Under the pieces are notes generated by a model that saw only the letters and a program-made list of their open reading frames with translations, did no database searches and was not told the origin of the DNA. Of a stretch of DNA of 64,000 bases, positions 11,601 to 22,685 are shown one piece after another. Both the position numbers and the translations under genes were made by a program. Positions within the stretch are counted from its first letter, which is position 1, and each line of letters starts with the position of its first letter. Origin of the DNA: Phoronis australis (lineage: Eukaryota; Animalia; Phoronida); contig NMRA01000147.1 in assembly GCA_002633005.1 (NCBI GenBank), positions 62,001-126,000 of the forward strand, given 5' to 3'.

Positions 11601-14600
11601 TGATGTTAACAACGGATGACGACGACTTTCAGACGGATCTGACTACTGGTGTGTCACCTAGTGGCAATTTTATTTTTTTACATTTACCTCTGTATGTTCA
11701 AAGGTACTCAAGTAGTTTCATAAAATTTGATAGGCCTACAGGCAGCTGTTAATGAGGTGACGCTATCTCTCCGTTTTCAGATGGATGTTCGACCTGGTTG
11801 ACGCCACCTAGTGGCCATTTTTACCGTTTTCGAGTCTGTTTTTGCAGCGTCCACTCGTCTATAAACCAAGCCGCTTTCAGGATAATTGTGAAAATTTTAT
11901 GTTTTTACTATGAAGTGGACGGCTGGCGATGACTTTCCGGCGAGTTTGACTACTGTGGCGCCACCTAGTGGCAGTTTTTTTGCGCCCATGGCTGTAGGCC
12001 TATCTCCTAAACCGTTTACAGGATCTTTACTTAATTTAGCAAGTGTATTTATGTGATGGTGACAACGAACAACGACGACTTTCGGACGGATCAGACTACT
12101 GGTGTGCCCCCTAGTGGCAATTTTAGTTTTTTACGTTTACCAATCTGTATCTTCAAATGTCCTCAACAGATTTTCATAAAATTTTGGTGAGATGACGCTA
12201 TCATCCTGTTTTTGGATGGAATCGAGGTATTTTGCGCCACCTAGTGACCATTTTGGCTGTCTTCAAATCTTGTTTTTTGGCGTCCACACCTCGATCAACC
12301 AAATCATTCTAGGGATGGTTTTGAAAATTGGCGTATATGTTTTCAGTGTGAAAAGGACGTTTGATGATGGCGACTGACTACTGTGGGGCCTCCTAATGGT
12401 AGTTTTGTTTTGTTTTTCGCCCATAGCTGTATCTCCAAAACCCACTGCAGGATCTTTATTAAATTAAGTAAGTGAATTTATATGAAGATAACTAAGAGAC
12501 GACGACTTTCAGGCAGATCCAACGGACGCTGTGCCCACTAGTGGCAGTTTCATGTTCTGTTTTCTTTTGTTTCTCTGAAGTTCCTTGAAAGATTTTTATG
12601 AAATGATGGCATGTTTCTGGTTTTGGATGGAGTGTACGTTTTTGCGCCATCTAGTGGCCATATAATCCTAAAGGCACACCATTTGTGATGCATTCGTGGG
12701 CGCATTTCAGCGCTCCGCGTTGCTCTTGTTGTTATCTTGTAGCTCTGGTCAGGCTAATAAGAAGCTAGTCTATCTCCGTCATCCAACATTAACCCCAAAA
12801 TGCATTTTTCATTCATAAAACCGACTCTTAACCAGTGGAACAATTTTTCAACAGACTTCTATAATTTGGGACAATGTTATTTACATTTACCTAAGAGGCC
12901 AGTTACAGGCACAGTTTCCTTCCATGCCATTGGCTGGTCCACCATTATCGGTAGTGAAGATAATAATAGAGTTGTCTAACATGCCGTTAGATCGTAAAGC
13001 CTTTATGATGTTACCTACAGAATCATCTAAAGCTGCTACCATGCCTGAAATACAAAAATTGTTTTATTATTAGTACCAATATTATGATCCAATCATCATT
13101 TTTAATATATTACAAAAGAAAAATTCATGATGCAAAAATCCTTATCCATCTTATGCCAAGGATGAACTGTCTTGAGCACTGCGCCAACATGTTTTAAAGT
13201 TTATACGTGTATCATCTGAATGACTGATAATTGTTACTACATTTTGTGGAAGAACCATTGTGTGCCTTCCTTGCTGACACTGGGTTGTTTGGTTCAAGGA
13301 GGTGGTGCTCTTTCAAGGTGCCACATTTAAATGCTGGGTTGGACTGCAGGTAAAAGACGGAATACGCATAGGTAATATCGTGGGAGTAAAATTAATGGGG
13401 AACTCGAAATTACATCAGGTGGGCAACAGTGCGCACCAAACGTCTTCCCCTTAGAAATGTCCACGTTCACGTCATCACACCAACATCCCCTTGTTGAACT
13501 GCTTTCTGCTCTCAAACTTATAACAGTTAAGAAGCGGGACCTGTATTCATTACCATCAGCACTTAATGAAATTTTGTCCATTCTTATGTATTCATTCTGA
13601 CTCAGGAACACACATTCTAGCTCATACATTATGTCAGAATCCAATGTTTAAGCATCAATCTGCATGATAAGGTAGTTAAAAAAGACTCAATCAGTGTTCC
13701 CAAATTTATGTGTTTCTACACCAATAAACTACCTTATCTCATTTTGGACTTGGAGGGAGTGAGGTTAAACAGGTTGCATAGTGGCTTAAACTTTAGCCAA
13801 TAGTAAGTCATGGATGTGATTCACACACAATAGACCTTTTGAAATGGACATAAAAGTGAAAGCTGGATCCTTTGTGAATCTTTCTTAGGATACAACATTT
13901 CCAGGGGGCTAAGTCATTTGCACGGAATCGAAGGCCTAAGGACTGCATGAGCAGGCATAGCCATGCGACCATTTCCACCTCGACATAAAGACTGCGCATT
14001 AGCGCAATTATCCACGGTGTCAAGAAAGTGTTTCGTTGATTTAAATGACCACAACAATTCTTTGACTTTACCTGCAAAAGTACGCCTCTTTTCATTCTTG
14101 ATATGAGGGAACCGGTCGATGTATTTCTGAGGAGCCCGGAGTATCTGGACATTAGGGTTAGTACCCGCGTGGACAGCTTGATGAGCCAGGTACAGGAATA
14201 AAGGCTGAAAAGCAAAGGGTGGAATATCATGGGATATCATACTATCATGTTCTAATAGCATTGCATAATTTAGAAGTATATATTTAACTTTAACCAGTCG
14301 AGGCAAGAATTTTAATTGGGTCATTATGTAGGCAAGCCAAGGCAACCAAGCTCATGCTACAAACGTGTCACAAAATATTTGGCAGTATGTAGATCAGTGG
14401 TTAAAACGGAACTATAAGGGACACAGTTCAAAATTGAAATATTTCAGTAAAATTACCTGTGACCTTTCGTGCTGTCTAATAATTCTCTCAGCCTCACTGG
14501 TGAACAGTTCAGTTGAATACTGACCAAATTCATCAACAACAGGATCTAAGCCTCTGTGGAAATCCAGGCCCCAGTATCCGTTCGTCTGCCACGTGAACAA

Positions 14601-17600
14601 AAACGTTGAAACATTCGACAATATTGATATATTCTATTCATTGTCAAGAGATTTCACAACACGCATAGTAGGTAAATTCAGTTGAAATTACTGAAAAAGC
14701 GAGCTGAAAATGTGCTGAATAACTTTTCTGAAATGACGAAATTGTATGACCACAGACAATGCTGTAAAAGCTACAGAAAACCCTTCATTTTAGAAGACTA
14801 AACAAAAACACTGGTTTTTGGCCCTTGGTGATTAGACCGGCCGTTGTGTTGTGCGCCCAGCAGATAATAAACTGAATTGACTGTGACCGTACTTTCTAGG
14901 TTATAAGTATCATTTCTTATCCAATTTTCAAAAATAAAAAACCTAGCATGTGTACTCTTCACAGATTATTCAAAAAGACTGTTTAAAAACTATCAGACGG
15001 AAATTTAAAACATAATATTGTTGCCCCAAGTGATTACAACCTGATGGGCAGTTTTGTGCAAAGATCGAAAAGATTAGCTGAAGCTGGACGGTTTCTTTAA
15101 AGATAGCACCAGATTTTTTAAAGGTTACCAAGTCAGTCGAGATGCCCAAACTCGATCAGTGGCTGTCAGCGTAGAAATCTTTTCATTAAAAACCCTACTG
15201 TTCTTCAACCGTTATTAATATTTCACGGCCTTTTGAAGTCTTCTAACTGCTTACAAATAGATCTATCGTTTTTCTTCACTCCTTCAAAGGACCAATTAAT
15301 TAGGAATGAACTTTTTAAGGAAAATGTCGAGACCTGTATGGTCAAGGCGTTTAAGATTCATATTTTGAATTACATATTCTTGTATTTCTGAGGCACGAAA
15401 ATATGCAATAACTGTAGTTCGTAGGATGAGATGTTATTAAGTACTTTCAGGTATCTATTTGTAATTAAACTTCAATATAATTAAGAATAAGCTAGATCTG
15501 CATTCATTACCAAGGATCAAATTTCTTATATAAGTTTCAAATTACTAGTTGTATTTTCATAAAACTATGTCTTTCAAATCCTTGTTGATCATAGAATACT
15601 ATTATGTTTACAAAATAATGTTTAGATTTCGTAATCTCATTTTTTTTTTTGAAGAGACCCCTTTGATTTTCACAAACGTGAATTTTACTGCACGAAACTT
15701 TTGATTTTATCTTTATTCTATAACCTATAAAAGCATTCTAGGATTTTTAAGGCCTTATAGCCTGAGAGCTACCACAACAAGTAAAGGCAACACAATCCTA
15801 TCAAAAAGCGGAAAATTTTCATTTTACAACAGCCTAGCTCTCGAGATAAATTCCTTAAAAACCCACAGTCCAGCTTTTGTAACTGATAAAATAAAAAATC
15901 AAACAGAATTTTCCAAGTTTCAAGCAAAATCTCCATAATTGTGTACAATACAGCAATATCCATGGCAATCATGATTTTTGACAAAGAATGCATCATGTGA
16001 TTATATGGACATCTGAGCTGCTTTCGACATATAATATATTTCTATGAACATCGAGGATGAACAAACTTATCTGTCTCCTATTACAAATTGAAACATATAA
16101 TTTGTTCCTAGGTAACAAAAGTAGCCTATTACCTAAAGTTGGAATAAGGAGACTTCATAGAAATGGAAATAAAACCAGTCTATCATCCTTATTACTGAGC
16201 ATGCAGTTGCAATGTCATAGCCAGTCTTACCAAACTCCAATAAGTGTGATCAAAGTAGTCTTCACCGCCCTGCCAATAACCAAAATGGGATTCAAATCCT
16301 CGAAATGTGGGAGTAAACTCTTTGGCGTAGAATCCCAAATGCCACTGAAATGCGATACATTTGTTGTAGTTACTGAGAGACCAATTACATTTATGTTTTC
16401 ACTCCTTTGTTCTTTAAATTACTGTTCATTTATCTTGACATACACAACACATGCCAGTGAAAAATCTGTAAAATTAAGCCAAAAATCCAACCAATTGAAC
16501 GCCACCATACCTTTCCCACCATGTGACTTGTGTAGCCCAGTTTGTTGAGGTACTGAGGCAGTAGTGTTTCATTCAGCCCTAGTCCCTCAGGCTCGGCTCC
16601 CAACAATACACCATGCTGGAGGCCTGGGATAAAAATGTCAGTAGTAAGCTAATGATAATTACACTCCCAATAACTACACCAATAATTGCATAAAAACAAT
16701 TGCGTTGAGTCATGTCAGAATCTTGCATGGATTTAAACCAACTAAGAAGTTATAGCCAGGTGTATACACCTTACTTGCTTGACAAACAAATCTCGGCATT
16801 GTTTTATTCTTCCGAAAGTGAAGTAACACAAGCTTGACGGAGTCACGTGCCGTTTTTTGGCTGACGGTATTTTTCCCGTATACGGCACATTTTCCGCCCC
16901 CCCGGGAGTAAACTCGAATCATCCGATAATGGAGACCCACATAAATCCGGAATTATTTCGAGGCTATTCATTTCGTGGAAAACGAATTATTGAGTATGTA
17001 AACATCGTAAGTCACGCAATTTTTATGATGAAACTTACACTGAATTTGCTGTTCCCGCCTCATTCGGTTGAGGCATCATTTCGTAGATTTTTTTGGACAA
17101 GCCGAGTGTTTTTAAATCGATCGTTCGCGTTGCTCTCACAGTTATCTATCTTTGTACCTTTAACTATTTTAGTACAGATGGTCAGTCCCAGGAAAGTAGC
17201 CGGTATTTTTTCAACGAGTATTTTCTTCTATTTCACGTTGCATACTTTGATAGCCACTGCACGTGTCGGTTAGAGAGTGCTGATCTTTCACATCCACACC
17301 TAGCCTTGTTACAAATTCTTTGTGCTAGAAATCGCAAAAGGGTGTTGGCTAGTAGACCTACAAAACTCTTATATGTGAATCTCGTGCGGTACGGCTTTGG
17401 TTCGCATTGCAACATGCGCCTCAAGCACATTTCAATGGCTGTCGAGAAGAATGGTAGCGCCGTACACCGGTACATGCATGTAAGAACTCAATTTTTACCC
17501 GAAGTTTGGGAGTATTTGACGCCAAAAAGTATAATCTAAACATTTCATCGATGACCTAAAAATAAGGTTTGATTTTTTTATTTGCATAAACTGATATTAA

Positions 17601-20381
17601 CAATGGAATACAGTAGGAAAGGAAACAAACACAAACGCATTCATTCTCACATTCCCACATTCCAGCTCTGCTTGAATTTAATATACTGAATGTATAAGGG
17701 TTTCAAAAATCCCAGCAAGTCAGGGGGTAATTCTCCAGATTTCGTGCTTTTCCATGTCTTGACAGTGTCAAATAAAATTGAGTGAAACCTCTGAAGTACA
17801 GGAATACATGAAGTCTTCGAACAAGTATATATCAAGTACTGAGCTAACGTTAATACGTGATTACTTTCGTAGCCATGATCTCCAAAAGTATGCAAATAAC
17901 AGGACACGCTTTTCAGCCAGTAACAGGCTATCTCCAACGACGTGTTTGAAATCCAAGTTTGTAATTTATTCCAAAAAAGAAAGTACATGCTCACTTTCCA
18001 AAAACAAGTGATTGAAAGTTTCTACCACTCCGTCGTTTTGGCCTATTTTCATTTTCTTTAAAAAATATTTTGTGAAAACTTTTTTATTAATGTGATAATA
18101 CTTAAAAACTTTCAAATGAGGCTAGAGCAACAGTTTAAAAGGCAAAATATCAATCTGATTAATTTGCTGGTCAGCAAATAATTCTAATAAACCGTGTTTT
18201 ACATCAGGAACTGGTGTCTCTCTGGAGAGTAATACATCTTTGGTTCATCGCGTATCAATCCGATCCGGTGCAAAGTCGTGCATGCTGCTGGCTCCATCAT
18301 TAATCAGACTATCTAAAATTTTCATCGCCTTGGCCAGAGCAACGTACTTTAGCAAATTGCTTAACTTGTATCTTTCCATTAAAACCTCCCAGGATAATAA
18401 TTTAAAATGTTGGGAAACTTTTGCGACCTGGAATATATTATGAATGTGAGCTGGATTTTAAAATGCGACCCAAGATTTTGCGGCTTGATGGCAAATTTTG
18501 ACCTGGCGATTTTCATAGCGTCAAGTGCTGAGTACGCTTGGAAAATACTAGCTTTGTTATATAACTCGAAAAGAAAGTGACACCTAACTCACTGAGTGAA
18601 AAACGAATGGCTCTAGTAAGACAGAACAATAGCAGAATATCCCTCATCAACACAACTTTCGTTGATCTTGAAGATTGTTGTGTGTTCAACAAATTTTGTC
18701 TACGTACCTAAATGTATAGGATGTCGTCCAGTCATCAGCGCTGCACGAGTTGGTGTGCAAAGTGGCTGTACATAATAGTTGTTCAATATCACTCCGCTGT
18801 TAGCCAGGGCGTCTATGTTGGGTGTGGGGATTTGATCAGATCCATGGAAACTCACGTCATCCCAACCCTGTCGGAGAAAGACCAGTAAACAAAGGCCTTT
18901 AGTGATACTAAATCTGTGACGAGTTGTTCCGTATCACTACCTTAGGAACCACGGTAACAGTCACGCAACAGGGGTCCCGCATTTACAGAACCTCCTCACT
19001 TGAATAAAAGGTGTCGAACTGGTTCTCAAAGTACTCGACTCTGCCTGCCCCACTGCATTTGCACTCGTCTTCAGAGACGTTTGATTTTAATATCGAAGAT
19101 CATTGAAGTATAGCTTCATACGGATTAGAAATTTTTGAGGTTTTGAAACAGGAACTCATCTAGAAGCATCAGTCATTGGATCTAGCGCCAGTGTTAAAAA
19201 GGACGGCTTTTAACGGCTCAGCCAAGAGAGAAAAAACAACCTCGCTGAAAACGACGGCTAAGATTATCGACAACACTGTACATTTAATCAAATATCCAGT
19301 GCTGTAGTGGGGCGTAGGCGCAGCCAACCACTTTTTGGCATTTGAACGTAGCGCCTACGCACCGTAAGTTACGTTCACTGAGTGCTCAAGGTGATACGGT
19401 AGGCTTTGGACGCCTACTTACCGCTAATTTTACCACTACAGCACTGCAAATATGTACAAAACTATAGAATTCAACTCAGCAAAAGTATGTATTTTCCAAA
19501 AGTAGTAATTCCGTTTGACTTTTGACTTTCAGTATACCAATCTGCAAGAAGGTCACGTTACATTGGTTTGATACAATTGTTTAAGATAAAACTTCAGAAA
19601 CGCTGTCACAATTTTCTAAATTATCGTTTTGATTTCGTTTTATGCGTCTTTACAAATTTTTCATAAAAATTATATTTTTAGTCACACATGCAGAAGTGGA
19701 ACAATTTAAAAACAGTACCTAACAATTTTTGGAGAACTATGCATAAAGCATAGTACGTGAATGTTTCATAAGAATCCAACGAGCTATTTCTGAGATGTGG
19801 TGTTCCGAAGTTCATCAAACTCCGACTTTAGGCGTTTTTCTAGGGTCCTGCATATCCTTAATGAGGAACAGCAATAGTTGTAGAGCGAAAACGGTTCTGT
19901 TGAGTTTAGCACAGTTGCTTTTGCAATGAGCCTAATGAACTGGTCTGCACACGCGTGATGTACCACAAAAGACATCAGACCAGCTGAACTCATTTTCGCG
20001 TTAGGGAGAGAACCACTGCAGCCGTATGGACCGTCAACATTATTTGGGTTTGTTTTGGGCGAAAACCTTCATTTCCTTTTTTTCTATTATGGTGATCAAC
20101 ATACTTACACATGATAAAAAGCATGCAACAAGTTCGATTGTTTCATGACTCCAATGAAACATTCAAAACCACCGACACTGTGATTTCAGCTGCGACCCCT
20201 AATAACAATGAAGCTTGGACTACTAAAGCATTATACAAGTGCACTCAAAATTTACCAGATCATCAGCCACAATGAGGATAATGTTGGGTCTTTGAGCTGA
20301 ATCTACATGAGACACAAGACAGAACAAGACCACCGCAACTTGACCGGCGGCAGCCAGAGTTTGGGCAAGACAGGTCAGCAT
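4869..20381 (-). CDS. Arylsulfatase B/I/J-like sulfatase (S1 family), 569 aa; complement(join(4869-5649,12891-13044,14072-14204,14457-14585,16231-16344,16511-16623,18708-18867,20256-20381))
   Basis: Signal-peptide-like N-terminus, then [17 protein letters not shown], the FGly motif [56 protein letters not shown] and HVCDWLPTL. Exons total 1710 nt in frame and all introns are GT-AG. Confidence 0.93.
6004..6156 (-). repeat. Gypsy 3' LTR (153 bp)
   Basis: Direct repeat of 10210-10362; preceded on the - strand by a G-rich PPT (6157-6166). Confidence 0.93.
6271..10191 (-). pseudogene. Gypsy gag-pol polyprotein, frameshifted (ORF pieces 8041-10191, 7625-8080, 6271-7650)
   Basis: CCHC knuckle [13 protein letters not shown]; protease QLDLGA; [22 protein letters not shown]; RNase H TDAS, ELECLA, TDHQPL; integrase HHCC plus GVDL, SDN, AES. 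Frameshifts near 8076 and 7697. Confidence 0.9.
10192..10209 (-). promoter_or_regulatory. Primer binding site, probably elongator tRNA-Met
   Basis: TGGTGCCCCGAGTGAGGA immediately after the 5' LTR; close to the complement of the animal elongator tRNA-Met 3' end (TGGTGCCCCGTGTGAGGA). Confidence 0.7.
10210..10362 (-). repeat. Gypsy 5' LTR (153 bp)
   Basis: Direct repeat of 6004-6156 with 5 substitutions counted by eye. Confidence 0.93.
10873..10937 (-). repeat. tRNA-derived (SINE-head-like) fragment
   Basis: On the - strand, A-box-like TGGCTTAGCGG and B-box-like GGTTCAATTC at tRNA spacing; no intact acceptor stem. Confidence 0.45.
11023..12730 (+). mobile_element. Non-autonomous Helentron-type (HINE/DINE-1-like) element with an internal ~147-bp tandem array (three-subunit ~440-bp higher-order repeat)
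   Basis: 5' T-run; subTIR gcgcccac (11033-11040) with nearby inverted copy gtggacgc; (gtcc)n microsatellite; central tandem repeats; 3' subTIR gtgggcgc (12696-12703); short hairpin cagcgc-tcc-gcgttg; cttgtt end. Confidence 0.75.
12891..13044 (-). CDS. Arylsulfatase coding exon 7
   Basis: [51 protein letters not shown]. Confidence 0.9.
14072..14204 (-). CDS. Arylsulfatase coding exon 6
   Basis: [44 protein letters not shown]. Confidence 0.9.
14457..14585 (-). CDS. Arylsulfatase coding exon 5
   Basis: [43 protein letters not shown]. Confidence 0.88.
16231..16344 (-). CDS. Arylsulfatase coding exon 4
   Basis: [38 protein letters not shown]. Confidence 0.9.
16511..16623 (-). CDS. Arylsulfatase coding exon 3
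   Basis: [37 protein letters not shown]. Confidence 0.9.
17700..18460 (-). mobile_element. Decayed 3' fragment of an L1/Tx1-type non-LTR retrotransposon ORF2
   Basis: - strand reads [13 protein letters not shown]...LKYVAL, then ILPFK...[21 protein letters not shown]...[24 protein letters not shown]...[14 protein letters not shown], the pattern of the C-terminal zinc-binding region of L1/Tx1 RTs, with stops and frameshifts. Confidence 0.6.
18708..18867 (-). CDS. Arylsulfatase coding exon 2 (catalytic CxPxR)
   Basis: [53 protein letters not shown]. Confidence 0.92.
19297..19446. mobile_element. 150-bp MITE, hAT-like
   Basis: TIRs CAGTGCTGTAGTGG / CCACTACAGCACTG; 8-bp flanks caaatatc / caaatatg (7 of 8 match). 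Confidence 0.8.
20256..20381 (-). CDS. Arylsulfatase coding exon 1 (start; signal peptide)
   Basis: [42 protein letters not shown]; gtaaa donor; an acceptor 15 nt upstream of the ATG (20397-20398) implies a further 5'UTR exon. Confidence 0.88.
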
Positions 20382-20544
20382 GGTCTAAGGTATCGTCTGA
20401 AAAATAACAACAACAGAGTTAATCATCCAACAATACCTTGAAATTTCACTAAGTTTTAAAAATGTAATTTGCAGGAAGTTATGCCCCTTGACAAGGGAAA
20501 ATGTCGCCGCTATAGCCACTGTAGATTTTAGTATATATTAGATA

Positions 20545-20790
20545 AATACATACGTACACACATACACATACATACATAGATGCATACAGACAGACAGACA
20601 GACATACAGACAGACATTCATACAGACATATAGACGGACGGACATACAGACGGACGGACATACAGACGGACGGACATACAGACGGACGGACATACAGACG
20701 GACGGACATACAGACGGACGGACATACAGACAGACAGACAGATAGATATATACAGACAGACAGATAGATATATACATACATACATATATT
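20545..20790. repeat. Compound microsatellite with a 16-bp (cagacggacggacata)n core
   Basis: Visible (taca)n, (caga)n, 16-mer and (gata)n tracts. Confidence 0.9.
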
Positions 20791-22033
20791 ATTATCGCTA
20801 CATCGCTGCATGTTGCAAGTTGGACAGTAGAGCAGGCATGAATAAATTCGAATACAAAATAGAACCTTGTGCAATACGATCTACGAAATACGCGCTAAAA
20901 CTGCTAATATGATAGTAGATTACTAAACACTCTAAATATGCCCGTGCCCAGGGGTTGCAACGGTGCAAACGTACTCCCACCGGGATTTGTCGTCTGCAGT
21001 AGCAAGTCAAATTCAGTCCATAATACCCGTACGTGTATGTGTACGTTCAGTTACATCTGTAATGCTGTTTTGCTATAAATACTTTTTGCTAATGTTTGTC
21101 AGTCGTCATGACAGTATCGGTACTCGAGAAAGGTGGTCAGATAATAGCAAACCAGACAAACCCAGACAAAGGTGCCGCATACTAAATCGTATTTTCAGGG
21201 TGTTACATCAGACATGAAAAACAAAAATATATATTTCGACATTCGAGTGCCATTGTTGATCAATTCATTGGGACATGTGCGCATCCTCGTGGAATATTTT
21301 CAAAACAATTTCTGACCGTGTTACGAGGAACAGTGCACAATTAAGAACAATATCTGAAAAATTCAAATAAATCCGATCAGCCATTTCTGAGATGCGATTT
21401 TCCGAAATTAGTCACATTTGGCCATTTTTTTAGAGTTTGACATAATCTTAAAGAACTTTGAGTGCTTGATATTTTGAGAAAAGGAATGGCATTTTGTAGC
21501 CAGTAAGCTTTTCAGTTGTCTAATGCTGTCTACTAATACATATTTGTTCAACTGAACTCGCTGTGCATCTCTGACTATGACAATTAGCTAGCCACTTCAC
21601 TGTTGCCACAATTAGTTTGACATCATTTCATTTCAATTTCCCTAGCTTTTGTCTCTGTATCCTGAACTGTAACTCAGAAATGGTGATGTCAATGAACTAA
21701 GTTTTCGATTCTGAAAAAAGTTTCCGATCCTGTGTTTCCCGACTATCAATTTCTTCAACACACATTTCACATATATTTCAGTTAGCTTTAAGAGTGTCCC
21801 GACCTACATGTAATAAACCATCTTGAATACTGCTACTAGTTACATCCACAAACATTCGAATATTTTCTCTTCATTCACACCTATAAGTGCTGGTTAGTTT
21901 TGGCCAATGCATAATAAAAACTCAACGTCGTGTGAAGTATGGCCGAGTTTTTCATTTGGCGAGGGTAGTATTTTACATCGATGATTGGAGTCCGGGTTTG
22001 GCGTCCGCTTCTTTTAGCTTCATGCCCACCCAA

Positions 22034-22041
22034 GTCACGTG
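22034..22041. promoter_or_regulatory. CLEAR-like E-box GTCACGTG, candidate arylsulfatase promoter element
   Basis: Lies just upstream (on -) of a short GC-richer segment ending at a possible GTAAAA donor (21971-21976); the promoter role is inferred only. Confidence 0.35.
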
Positions 22042-22203
22042 CTGGGTGCGGGTATGCTTAAAATAAGTCACTCGACAAATCTGGAGGCAATGTCACAAAA
22101 TATCAAGTCCGGTATGCGATAAGTACAAGAAAAGAGCTGTGTAAAGGAAAAATAAATGAAAGCGCTCCGAGGAGCAAACCTTGGCGAAATTAACCAAAAA
22201 GAT

Positions 22204-22617
22204 TGTCGCAGAATGTGTTATTGTGTTTTTGGTTCATTACTTGTTTAGTTTAGTCACCGTATTACATCACTTACTGTTGTTGTTTACTACCACTTTCTCC
22301 GCATGCAAAAGATGAGTAATACTTCCTTTCCCAGAACTGTTTATCATCAGCATAGTGCATCCTTTATTTGTTCATTAATTTCATTGGTTAATTCGTGTTT
22401 CTCAGGTCTCTATATATATCACTTTCACCATATTTTAAGTAGTATCAGTAGCTTCAGTAGTATGAGTTGATTAGTAGTTTGTTCTCCGCATTGAGAGTTG
22501 TTCTCATCATTCGTTGACAGTCTTCAATATACTAGTCAAGATTCATCTCTTGTGTTTCTTGCCTATACGAACCACCTCGTACACAGCCAAACCGCAATTT
22601 CCAGTGTACTCCCCTCA
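22204..22617 (+). repeat. BEL/Pao 5' LTR (414 bp)
   Basis: Direct repeat of 28133-28544; 4 substitutions and one 2-bp indel counted by eye. Confidence 0.94.
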
Positions 22618-22620
22618 TTT

Positions 22621-22640
22621 TGGTGCCGTGACCGAGGATT
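22621..22640 (+). promoter_or_regulatory. Primer binding site, tRNA-His
   Basis: TGGTGCCGTGACC matches the complement of the tRNA-His 3' end (TGGTGCCGTGAC); starts 3 nt after the LTR. Confidence 0.8.
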
Positions 22641-22685
22641 GAAGACTGACTGCCTCACCTCATCGTTCAACTCATACTAGCCACC

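Noticed and set aside
11211-12658. Regularly spaced conserved motif with variable spacers, superficially CRISPR-like
   Set aside because: Spacers are ~130 bp and homologous to each other in a three-unit cycle; eukaryotic context and no cas genes
20479-20874. ORFs with SVCLSVCP repeats
   Set aside because: Microsatellite translation
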